Below, one piece after another: positions 18,061 through 26,833 of a DNA stretch of 64,000 nucleotides (position 1 is its first letter; every line of letters begins with the position of its first letter). Both the position numbers and the translations under genes were made by a program. The notes beneath the pieces were generated by a model. That model was not told the origin of the DNA, searched no databases, and saw only the letters and a list, made by a program, of their open reading frames with translations. The DNA lies in assembly GCA_045863335.1 (NCBI GenBank), contig BTVY01000023.1, positions 32,001-96,000 of the forward strand, in the 5' to 3' direction. Origin of the DNA: Candidatus Hydrogenedentota bacterium. Lineage in GTDB: Bacteria; Hydrogenedentota; Hydrogenedentia; Hydrogenedentales; SLHB01.

Positions 18061-18341
18061 AAATTCGAAATCCGAAGCACGAAATCCGAAAACAAATTCT
18101 AATAACCGAAATTCAAAAAGACCCGTTCTCGATCAAACCGAAACAACCAATCCTCGCGAAGACCTTGAACCATACCGAAACGCGAATCCTTCGTGGCTTG
18201 GACGCCGTCGCCCAAGACGTATTGTCGGAATAGCCTGAGCGCGGCTCCCAAAACCTTGGGCGAGGACGCCCAAGCACGGGATATACTTTCGCGCTTTGAA
18301 CATTAATCTGTTTCGGATTTCGTGCTTCGGATTTCGAGTTT
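18061..18341. repeat. Heptamer-built (CGAAATC/CGAAnnn) inverted-repeat element with nested REP-like pair
   Basis: Left arm aaattcgaaatccgaagcacgaaatccgaaa. Right arm tttcggatttcgtgcttcggatttcgagttt is a near-perfect reverse complement. Inner inverted pair at 18192-18216 and 18255-18278. Confidence 0.85.
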
Positions 18342-18353
18342 AATCCCCTTACC

Positions 18354-18686
18354 TTACGGAATCGACGGAGGCGGGACAAGGGGCTCTCCCGATTCCAGCG
18401 AACGGACCACCGCGTCCAGAATAGGCTCAAGGTCGGCCGCGGTCACATGCGAGTACCAGACGTTGTCCGGAAACACCATGATGTTGGGGCCGTCCTCGCA
18501 CTTGTCCATGCAGCCCGACTGACTGACTCGAATCCTTGAGCGAAGCTGCCGCGCCTTGACCATGGCTTTGAGCGTGTCACGCAGTTCTCCGCCGCCCGCG
18601 CTCATGCAGCAGACCCGCTCGCCCTCCGCGCGTTCGTTGGTGCAGACAAAGATGATCTTCTCAAAGGGTAGCGAATTGACGTCCAT
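18354..18686 (-). CDS. Thioredoxin-like [2Fe-2S] ferredoxin
   Basis: IFVCTN...CC...SQSGCMDKCEDGP.IMVFPDNVWY. Start MDVNSLP. Confidence 0.88.
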   Translation of the reverse strand: MDVNSLPFEKIIFVCTNERAEGERVCCMSAGGGELRDTLKAMVKARQLRSRIRVSQSGCMDKCEDGPNIMVFPDNVWYSHVTAADLEPILDAVVRSLESGEPLVPPPSIP

Positions 18687-18799
18687 AGCGCGCCTTCTGA
18701 AAGGTAAAGCCGTTCCTAGCCCCAGGATCGATGATGGCGGGATTATACAGAATTCCGTGCCAATCGGAACGTGCCCGGCGGTCACACCCGTTGCGGCCT

Positions 18800-18843
18800 T
18801 TCGAATTTTGGACATTCGAAATTGTTCCGGATTTCGGATTTGG
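18800..18843. repeat. Solo arm of heptamer repeat family
   Basis: tttcgaattttggacattcgaaattgttccggatttcggattt resembles the right arms at 18309 and 26790. Confidence 0.6.
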
Positions 18844-18949
18844 TTCTTTCGCGGCGCCATACCTTGTCCCTCACGATGCCATTCGATATGCTGTGGTCCA
18901 GGCGGCAACCGCTGCCATCGACTTCCATCACCGGCCTACGGGGTATCTT

Positions 18950-20758
18950 ATGGCTGAATCCATCGTACTCGGACTCGCGGGTATCGTCGTACTCGGCATT
19001 GCCGCGGAGTGGCTGGCCTGGCGCATTCGCCTGCCAACGATCTTCGTCCTGCTCATATTCGGCGTCTTCGCCGGGCCGATCACGGGCCTTTTCGACCCGG
19101 ATCGCATGTTCGGCGACTTGCTGATGCCGCTGGTCTCCCTGTGCGTCGCCGTAATTCTTTTTGAAGGCGGCTTGACCCTTCAGCTTCGGGAGCTGCGCGC
19201 CGTCGGCCGAGTCGTCTGGCTCTTGATTACGGTAGGCGTACTGATTACATGGGTACTCGCGGCGGCGGCGGCGAGTCTCTTCCTTGGGTTCGAAGCCCGG
19301 CTCGCTGCCTTGCTCGGGGCCATCCTCGTAGTGACGGGTCCGACTGTCATCATACCCCTGCTCGCGCACGTTCGGCCACGCGGGAAGGTCGCGTCCATCC
19401 TCAAGTGGGAAGGCATTACCATCGATCCCGTGGGCGCCAGCTTTGCCGTGCTTCTATTTGAAGCACTGTATCTCCATGCGGACGAAACAGCGACCTTGGT
19501 TGTAGCGTTGGGCGTGATTCGCACCATCGCCATTGGGTGTCTGCTTGGCGGCGCGGGGGTCGTCTTTCTCGTCGTCGTGTTGCGGAAGCATTGGGTTCCC
19601 GATCATCTGCATAGCCCCGTGGCGCTTGCCGTCGTCCTCGGGACCTTCGCGTTGTCCAACACGCTACAGCACGAATCGGGACTGTTGACCGTGACCTTGC
19701 TCGGGGCGATTCTCGCCAATCAACGTTACGTGAATATCCGGCACGTGGTGGAGTTCAAAGAGAATCTCCGCGTTCTTTTGTTGTCTAGTTTATTCATCCT
19801 ACTCGCGGCACGCCTGGATTTGGACCGTCTCCTGCGGCTTGGTCCAGGTACCGCCTTGTTTCTCGGCGCGCTAATACTCCTCGTACGACCCGCAACCGTG
19901 CTCACCTGCACCATCCGTTCCGGCTTGAACTGGCGGGAACGGGCCTTTCTCGCCTATCTCGCGCCACGCGGGGTCGTGGCAGCAGCAGTGGCTTCCGTCT
20001 TTGCCCTCCGGCTATCGGAGAACGGCATCGCGCAAGCGGAGGAGATGGTGCCGGTCACATTTTTTGTGATTGCGGGGTTAGTCGGCTTGTACGCGCTGAC
20101 CGCACGCCCGGTCACGCGGCTGCTGGGGCTTGCGCTACCGGAGCCGAACGGTGTGGTGATTGTAGGCGCGCACCGCCTGGGCCGCGCCATTGGTAAGGCT
20201 TTAAAAACCGAGGGCATTCCCGTGCTTGTTATCGATCGAAACTGGGGCAACATTTCCGCGGCACGCATGGAAGGATTGGCGACCTACCATGGCGACGTGC
20301 TGTCGGAACACGCCCTGCACGAAACAGACCTCTCCGAGATGGGCAAACTCGTCGCCCTGACGGCTAACGACGAAGTCAATTCGCTGGCTGCGCTACACTT
20401 CAGCGAACGTTTCGGTACCACCGCGGTCTACCAGTTAGCCGTAGCTGGCTCCACCTCGGATAGAAGCGAAACGAAAGAACCGGCGTCCCATCTGCGCGGA
20501 CAGATTCTTTTCAGCAAAGACTTTGGCTATGATGCGCTCGCGCGGCGGGTTGTCGAGGGCGCGGCCATGAAGGCCACCAAGATCAGTGACAAGTTCACCT
20601 TCGACTCCTTTCGGGATGAGCACGGCGAATCCGCGACGCCCATGTTTATCGTCACTGAGCGGGGAGGACTGCGCATGATCACTGCCGGTATGGAGGTGAA
20701 TCCGCAGCCCGGGGACAAGATCATCGCGTTGGTCGATCGCGAACCGGAGGTTGCGTGA
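18950..20758 (+). CDS. CPA1/NhaP-type cation:proton antiporter with C-terminal TrkA-N (RCK) domain
   Basis: ILFEGGL, VTGPTVI, KWEGITIDP.G, APRGVVAAAVAS, then Rossmann-like VVIVGAH.LG. Confidence 0.92.
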   Translation: MAESIVLGLAGIVVLGIAAEWLAWRIRLPTIFVLLIFGVFAGPITGLFDPDRMFGDLLMPLVSLCVAVILFEGGLTLQLRELRAVGRVVWLLITVGVLITWVLAAAAASLFLGFEARLAALLGAILVVTGPTVIIPLLAHVRPRGKVASILKWEGITIDPVGASFAVLLFEALYLHADETATLVVALGVIRTIAIGCLLGGAGVVFLVVVLRKHWVPDHLHSPVALAVVLGTFALSNTLQHESGLLTVTLLGAILANQRYVNIRHVVEFKENLRVLLLSSLFILLAARLDLDRLLRLGPGTALFLGALILLVRPATVLTCTIRSGLNWRERAFLAYLAPRGVVAAAVASVFALRLSENGIAQAEEMVPVTFFVIAGLVGLYALTARPVTRLLGLALPEPNGVVIVGAHRLGRAIGKALKTEGIPVLVIDRNWGNISAARMEGLATYHGDVLSEHALHETDLSEMGKLVALTANDEVNSLAALHFSERFGTTAVYQLAVAGSTSDRSETKEPASHLRGQILFSKDFGYDALARRVVEGAAMKATKISDKFTFDSFRDEHGESATPMFIVTERGGLRMITAGMEVNPQPGDKIIALVDREPEVA

Positions 20759-21906
20759 ATCCTACCGTGACGATCTCGTCTGTGGCCCATGGCGGCTATG
20801 GCATCGCCCGCATCGACGGGCAGGTCTGTTTCATCCCCTACGCATTGCCCGGCGATGAAGTGGTGGTGCAGGTTGAACGACGGTCGAAGGGTGTTCTGTG
20901 GGGCGCCATCGATCGCATCGTCGCGCCGTCGCCGGATCGGATCGATCCGGGCTGCGGCGTCTACGGGCGCTGCGGCGCATGCACGTGGTTGCATTTCGCC
21001 TATCCGGCCCAGGCGGAATGGAAACGGCGGATCGTGCGCGACTGCTTCGAGCGTATCGCCAAACTTCAGGTAGAGGTTACTTGGGCCGACGACCCAGACC
21101 GGCGCCTGCACTACCGCACGCGCGCCGAGTTTCACGGCGATGGAAATGGTTTTGGCTTCTACGCAGGCGGCACGCACGACGTCGTCGATGTGGTCACTTG
21201 CCCGCTGTGTCATCCACGGCTGAATACGGTGTTGTCCAGGTTGCGCGAACTGGGACTGCGTGGATCGGTCGAAGTGTCCGTGAACCCGGAGAGCGACGAC
21301 GTTCTTGTATGGTCGACAAAGCAGAGCGCGCCGCTAGCCTCGGCGTATCCGAACGCACAGTGGATCGGTTCGGATGGTCCGCGCGCGCAGTTTCGGTTCG
21401 ACGGCGTACCCGTGGTGAATGGCGCGTTTTCGCAGTCCAGCCTGTTATTGAATCGTGTGCTGCTGCGCGTCGTCCAGGAGGCGGTGGGCGATTCGGAACG
21501 AATTCTCGATCTCTATTGCGGTAGCGGCAACCTCTCGCTCGCCTTCGCGCGGGATCGGTCGGTGGTCGGCATCGATCATAATCGCGCATCTATTGAAGCT
21601 GCTCAAGCCGCCGGACAAGGCGAGTACCGCACCGGAGACGAAACCGCTTTCGGTGCCGCGCTCGGCGAGGGGCAGTGGGACGCCATCCTGCTCGATCCGC
21701 CCCGTACCGGCGCGAAGCCTGTTGCCGGAGTGCTCGCTGAGTGTCGCGCGAAGCGGGTCGTCTACGTGTCCTGCGATCCGGCCACGTTGGCGCGTGACGC
21801 CAAGGTCCTGGCCGCGGGCGGCTGGAAGCCGAACCGGGTCACCGCGGTTGACCTCTTTCCCAACACCTGCCACATCGAAGCCGTGTGCGAATTCCTGCGC
21901 GCTTGA
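20755..21906 (+). CDS. RlmD/TrmA-family RNA (uracil-5)-methyltransferase with TRAM domain
   Basis: TRAM N-terminus, C..YGRCGAC Fe-S motif, LDLYCGSGN, LDPPRTG, VYVSCDPATLARD, DLFPNT.HIE. Confidence 0.9.
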   Translation: MNPTVTISSVAHGGYGIARIDGQVCFIPYALPGDEVVVQVERRSKGVLWGAIDRIVAPSPDRIDPGCGVYGRCGACTWLHFAYPAQAEWKRRIVRDCFERIAKLQVEVTWADDPDRRLHYRTRAEFHGDGNGFGFYAGGTHDVVDVVTCPLCHPRLNTVLSRLRELGLRGSVEVSVNPESDDVLVWSTKQSAPLASAYPNAQWIGSDGPRAQFRFDGVPVVNGAFSQSSLLLNRVLLRVVQEAVGDSERILDLYCGSGNLSLAFARDRSVVGIDHNRASIEAAQAAGQGEYRTGDETAFGAALGEGQWDAILLDPPRTGAKPVAGVLAECRAKRVVYVSCDPATLARDAKVLAAGGWKPNRVTAVDLFPNTCHIEAVCEFLRA

Positions 21907-21983
21907 CGCGTTGCGTTTCGCACGCCTGCCGGGCCTGGTGTATAATCCGCCATCGGTGTGTCCCCACGTATTGGAGAAGATTT

Positions 21984-23789
21984 ATGACAACGCGTCTCTA
22001 TTCCTTCGTTCCGGCGCTTCTTATACTGGCGTGTTTCCCGGCGTTCGCGGAAGAAGAGCCCGCCCCCGACCTGGCGGACCTTCCGTGGTCGTTGCGGGAC
22101 CACTACACCATCACCACCGCCGACCAGCAGATGTACATCACTTACGGCGGCGACAACGGGGAGTGGAGTCTCGATATCAAGGGGATCGGTACGGTACTCA
22201 CCAAGGTGGCGGCAACGATTACCCTGGCGGACGGCTCGGTTATCGATCTGCGCGACCTTGGTGTGGGCGATACTACCCGCTACAAGGAAACGGCGGAACT
22301 GGGACCCGGCATGAAGTACACGGTCAAAATGTCCGCTCCGAACGGACTGGGCATCGTGCATTCCTTGACCTACCACGAGACCCATCCGTTCTACGTGGTA
22401 CGCATGGAACTGACCAACAACGGCTCCGAACCTCTCGAAGTCGCCAGGATTAGCCCGGTCGTGATTGGCCCGGGCGGTTTCGGTAACCTGAGCCTGGAGA
22501 CGACCGAGAGTCCGCGCCGCTTCGATGTCATCGGCGCCTCGCCCGTGTACACGAAAGTGGGCGACCCCCTCTTTTCGCTTTTCCACGATCCCGTCAAGAA
22601 CGTCACCTTGGCCGTGGGCGGTCTTCCCGTAGGCCGCGCGAAGACGGGCGTCCACCTGGAAAAGTTCGAAGGCCGGTACCAGGGGCACATCACGACCACC
22701 TTCGACCCGGCGGTGACGCTGGCGCCCGGCGCTTCGCTCGCATCGGACCCCGTGTGGATCGCCTTTACCCTGCCCAAGCCCGCCGACGTGGACATGTTCT
22801 ACGCCTGGGCTCATGCGAACATGCCCGACGCCAAGTCGGAGGGCGTGCCGGAATGCTGGGTCACCGTGCCGGACGGCGAGTCCTTGCCGGAACTGATCCA
22901 GGCTGTGAACTTCTGGAAAGGCGCCGACGTTGCCCACGCGCTCGTTCCCGTCACCTGGGAAGGCCGGCCGGGATCGCTGGAAGGCGCTCAGCCTGATTAT
23001 CCGAAAGACATGGCCAATGCCGCCGCGCAACTCCGTCAGGCGGGAGCCACACCGGGCATCACGCTTGACCCGTTGGCGGTAGTGGACGGGAAAGACGAGT
23101 TCACGGCGGTGTCTGCCGACGGTCAACGCTGGCTCAATCCGGCCAACGAACAAGGCAAACAGTTCGGCGTCGAGCGGCTCCGTGCCGTCGCGCGCTGGGG
23201 CTTCGGATTCTACGTTGTCGAGCCTTCCCTGATACCGGATGAAGTTCTGAAACATTTCAATCTCACACGTACCCAGGCCAACGACCTCGCCTACGACATG
23301 ATGGTCGAAGTCGCGGCCGGCGCCCCCGTGCTCGGGGCTTCGGAGGCCACCTTGGGCGCATCGATCGACGAGTGGCTCCTCGCCGCCGCGGCCACCAGCC
23401 GCATGGAGGAGTACTCCGTCGTCGTCGGGCCGGTGCGGTTTGATGCGAACGCTGCCGGAGACCTGCCGGACGATGCCGTTACCGCCATGGCGTTTTTTGG
23501 CGGGCCCATCGAGTTGGTGGGAAATCCGTCGTCGGGGCTTCTAAAGCAAATCGGCAAGGTGTTTCCCAAACCGTACATCTGGCCGCGCGCCATCGATTCC
23601 GGTTCTCCCGCGCCGAAGCTGTGGCAGGTTCACGTACAGCAAAGCCAGGGAGCAGGCGAACGCCTGGCGATCGTGTCGTTCCCCGGCGCGCGGGCCCATA
23701 CGCCCGCGGATTTGGTTTCGCCTTCGGGTGAAGGACTTCAGACCATGGAATCCAGTGCGGCCGAGTTCCTGGATGCCCTCGGCCGTTAG
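21984..23789 (+). CDS. Secreted hypothetical protein, degenerate GH36 (alpha-galactosidase)-like fold
   Basis: Signal peptide, GGAGA RBS, TATAAT at 21941. Segments YPKDM...AQLRQAGATPGITLDP and WLNP...RWGFGFYVVE parallel GH36 barrel motifs. Confidence 0.55.
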   Translation: MTTRLYSFVPALLILACFPAFAEEEPAPDLADLPWSLRDHYTITTADQQMYITYGGDNGEWSLDIKGIGTVLTKVAATITLADGSVIDLRDLGVGDTTRYKETAELGPGMKYTVKMSAPNGLGIVHSLTYHETHPFYVVRMELTNNGSEPLEVARISPVVIGPGGFGNLSLETTESPRRFDVIGASPVYTKVGDPLFSLFHDPVKNVTLAVGGLPVGRAKTGVHLEKFEGRYQGHITTTFDPAVTLAPGASLASDPVWIAFTLPKPADVDMFYAWAHANMPDAKSEGVPECWVTVPDGESLPELIQAVNFWKGADVAHALVPVTWEGRPGSLEGAQPDYPKDMANAAAQLRQAGATPGITLDPLAVVDGKDEFTAVSADGQRWLNPANEQGKQFGVERLRAVARWGFGFYVVEPSLIPDEVLKHFNLTRTQANDLAYDMMVEVAAGAPVLGASEATLGASIDEWLLAAAATSRMEEYSVVVGPVRFDANAAGDLPDDAVTAMAFFGGPIELVGNPSSGLLKQIGKVFPKPYIWPRAIDSGSPAPKLWQVHVQQSQGAGERLAIVSFPGARAHTPADLVSPSGEGLQTMESSAAEFLDALGR

Positions 23790-23830
23790 GATAGCCGTTT
23801 ACGTGAACGAACGCCGCTGAAAGGATAGTT

Positions 23831-25504
23831 GTGCCGTACCGAACCATCTCGCGACGTGTCGGCGACGCCGTGCGACTTGCGGAAGTCGCGCAGGTGCTGG
23901 TCCGTCACGGCTTCGCGGACCTGGTACGGCGCGTCGGATTGTACGAGGGGGCGCCGGCCAAACTGCTGCGCAGCCTGCATCTCATCGAGCAGGCTCCTGA
24001 CGTGCCGGAGACGATGGGCGCGCGCTTGCGGGCCGCTCTCACGGAATTAGGGCCGACGTTCGTTAAGTTCGGTCAAATCCTGAGCACCCGGCCAGACGTG
24101 CTCGGGCCGGAAGTCTGCGCCGAGTTGAGCGACCTCCAGGACCGAGTGGCAGCCCTTCCCTTTGAAACGATGCGGCCGGTCATTGAAGCCGAACTCAAGG
24201 GAAGGCTCGAGGATCACTTCAGCACGTTCAACGAAACACCCGTCGCCTCCGCCTCGCTGAGCCAGGTCTACCGTGCGCGCACCCAGTTGGGCCGGGAAGT
24301 TGCGGTCAAAGTGCAGCGTCCGGGAATCCGGAAAACGATTCAGTCGGACCTGAGCCTCATGCGCGGTTTGGCGGAATGGATCTCCGAGCACGTCAAGGAA
24401 TTGCAGTGGATCGATCCCGTCGGGACCGTGGAAGAGTTCAACCGCACCGTCATGCGGGAACTCGATTTCACGATCGAAGCCCACATCATTCAGCGCTTCC
24501 GCAAGAACTACTCCGGCGAGACGGCGGTCTTCGTGCCGCGCGTGGAGACCGACATTTCCGGTCCGCGGATGCTCGTCATGGACTGGATTGACGGTGCGCG
24601 GGTGGATGCTCTGGACCAGTACGAATCCCGCAATTGCATCCCGCGGACCGTTGCGGCCAACGGCGCAAACACGCTATGCCGGCAGGTCTTCGAATTCAAC
24701 CTGTTCCACGCCGACCCCCATCCCGGCAACATTCTCGTGACGCGAAACGACCAGATCGCGTTTCTGGATTACGGCATGGTAGGGCACTTGCAACCCCACG
24801 ATGTCGATGCCATCGCCGATTTGTTGCGGGCGGTCTTCGAAGAGGATTCGCCGCGCTGCGTGGACGCGTTGCTCAGGTTCACGGTCGCCGGGGAGACCGA
24901 GCACCGCGCGGAACTGGAACACGACGTTGCCGAGTACATCGCCTTCGAAGCCCGCTCAGTCATGGGCAACGCGGACGTCGGCAAGGCGCTCGACCAAATC
25001 ACAAACATTCTGCGGCGGCACCGGCTGCAGCTTGCCCCGCGCTTTTCCCTGTTGCTGAAAGCCATGGCGACCATCGAGTCTACCGCAAAGACCCTCGACA
25101 AAACGCTGGACATGGGACCCGTCATTCGCCCCTATGTGGAGAACATCATCAAGCAGCGCTTTGCCCCGGTGCGGCTCGCCAAGGAAAGCCAACAGACCCT
25201 CGCCTCGGCCATCCGCATCGGCAAAGAGATTCCCGGCGAAGTGCAAAGCCTGGTGCGCACGTTCCGCAAGGGCAAGTTCCGGATTCAACTCGATCACGAA
25301 GGGCTCGACCACCTGGCCAACGTCACCGACCGGGCCAGCAACCGGATCGCCTTCAGCCTGATCGCCGGGGCCCTGATTGTCGGTTCCAGTCTGCTCATCT
25401 CGTCCGACATCGGAGCGCGATCGCTCGGCTACGCCGGATTCACCTTCGCCGGAGTCCTCGGAATCATGCTGCTAATCTCGATTCTGCGCTCGAAGAACTA
25501 TTAG
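23831..25504 (+). CDS. ABC1/UbiB/AarF family atypical kinase
   Basis: LGPTFVKFGQILSTRPD, ASASLSQVY, VAVKVQRP, FHADPHPGN, LDYGMVG, two C-terminal TMs. Confidence 0.93.
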   Translation: MPYRTISRRVGDAVRLAEVAQVLVRHGFADLVRRVGLYEGAPAKLLRSLHLIEQAPDVPETMGARLRAALTELGPTFVKFGQILSTRPDVLGPEVCAELSDLQDRVAALPFETMRPVIEAELKGRLEDHFSTFNETPVASASLSQVYRARTQLGREVAVKVQRPGIRKTIQSDLSLMRGLAEWISEHVKELQWIDPVGTVEEFNRTVMRELDFTIEAHIIQRFRKNYSGETAVFVPRVETDISGPRMLVMDWIDGARVDALDQYESRNCIPRTVAANGANTLCRQVFEFNLFHADPHPGNILVTRNDQIAFLDYGMVGHLQPHDVDAIADLLRAVFEEDSPRCVDALLRFTVAGETEHRAELEHDVAEYIAFEARSVMGNADVGKALDQITNILRRHRLQLAPRFSLLLKAMATIESTAKTLDKTLDMGPVIRPYVENIIKQRFAPVRLAKESQQTLASAIRIGKEIPGEVQSLVRTFRKGKFRIQLDHEGLDHLANVTDRASNRIAFSLIAGALIVGSSLLISSDIGARSLGYAGFTFAGVLGIMLLISILRSKNY

Positions 25505-25608
25505 CATTAGCGGCTTCGGTGAGTTCCCTTTTCAGGTCGGACGAGACAGGCCCTCCAACGGACGGCAAACATGTGAGCCAGAGATTCTGAATGGATGTCC
25601 GTGTTAAG

Positions 25609-25640
25609 TCCCCCTTCGAAGGGGGATTTAGGGGGATGTT
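25609..25640. repeat. TCCCCCTT..AAGGGGGA palindromic repeat (solo copy)
   Basis: tcccccttcgaagggggatttagggggatgtt, near-identical to the copies at 49847-49880 and 50084-50115. Confidence 0.8.
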
Positions 25641-25684
25641 TCCCGAAGAACCGGGATCAGCTATCGGTTGTTGCAGGAACAAAC

Positions 25685-26554
25685 ATGCTCGAGATCAAGT
25701 CCCACGCCAAGATCAACCTCTACCTCGACGTGCTCAACAAACGGCGCGACGGGTTCACCAATATTGAAACCATCTTCCAGACCGTAAGCCTGGCGGATAC
25801 GCTCCTGCTCGAACCACGGCCGGAAGAAGTCACCATGGAGTGCACCATGCCCGGCGTGCCGACGGACGAGTCGAACCTCGTCATCCGCGCCGCGCGATTG
25901 CTACAGCAGGAAACCGGTTGCCGCGCTGGCGCACACATGCGGCTGGAGAAACGCATCCCCATGGCCGCGGGACTCGCAGGAGGTTCGGGGAACGGTGCCG
26001 CGGCCCTGGCCGGACTGAACGATTTGTGGGGCCTTGGCCTATCGATGCCGCGCCTGGAACGCCTGGCTGCGCGGCTCGGATCGGACGTGCCCTATTGCCT
26101 CCATGGCGGCACTGTCGCCGCGACCGGACGGGGCGAGCGCATGAAGCAACTGGGCCCGATTCAGGAAACGTGGTTCGTCCTGCTGCACCCCGACCTGCAC
26201 GTGAGCACGCGCGACGTGTACACCAGTCCGGACTTGGCACGCAGCGCCGAACGGCCATTCGCCGGATCGACGCCCGCCTTTCGTCGCGCCATCGAAGCGG
26301 TAACCGAAGGGCGCCTCGCCGATGCACTATTCAACCGCATGGAAACGGCCGCTTTCCCCATGCACCCCGAGTTGGCGGATTGGAAGCAACAACTGCTCGA
26401 CTGCGGCTGCAACGCCGCCATCATGAGCGGCAGCGGCCCCACCGTCTTCGGACTCTGCGCGTCGCAGCAGCACGCGGAGTCTGTCGCCGGACAAATGAGC
26501 GGGATTCGCGTGTCGGTCGTCCATAGCGTGGACCGGGCGCTTGAGTTGATCTAA
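25685..26554 (+). CDS. ispE: 4-diphosphocytidyl-2-C-methyl-D-erythritol kinase
   Basis: AKINLYL, KRIPMAAGLAGGS, LGSDVP, MSGSGPTVF. Confidence 0.95.
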   Translation: MLEIKSHAKINLYLDVLNKRRDGFTNIETIFQTVSLADTLLLEPRPEEVTMECTMPGVPTDESNLVIRAARLLQQETGCRAGAHMRLEKRIPMAAGLAGGSGNGAAALAGLNDLWGLGLSMPRLERLAARLGSDVPYCLHGGTVAATGRGERMKQLGPIQETWFVLLHPDLHVSTRDVYTSPDLARSAERPFAGSTPAFRRAIEAVTEGRLADALFNRMETAAFPMHPELADWKQQLLDCGCNAAIMSGSGPTVFGLCASQQHAESVAGQMSGIRVSVVHSVDRALELI

Positions 26555-26827
26555 ATTCGAAATCCGAATCTCGAAATCCGAAACAAATCCGAAGGACCAA
26601 AACCCTAAACGTGACCGTTCCGGTCGGCTGGCGGGAGACGGTCACCGTGGCAGTGCGCGAGTCGAAGGCTGAAGCGGAGTTCGCCGCTGGCACCAACGAA
26701 GGTTATGAATACTGACCGAACCAGAAACTCCTGCGATAACCGATAAACGCTGTTGAGGCCCGTTTCGGTCATTCGAATTTATAACATTTGAATTTGTTTC
26801 GGATTTCGAGATTCGGATCTCGAATTT
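26553..26827. repeat. Heptamer-built inverted-repeat element between convergent genes
   Basis: About 36-bp arms, aaattcgaaatccgaatctcgaaatccgaaacaaat and its reverse complement (1 mismatch). The left arm overlaps the ispE TAA. Confidence 0.85.
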
Positions 26828-26833
26828 GTCTTC

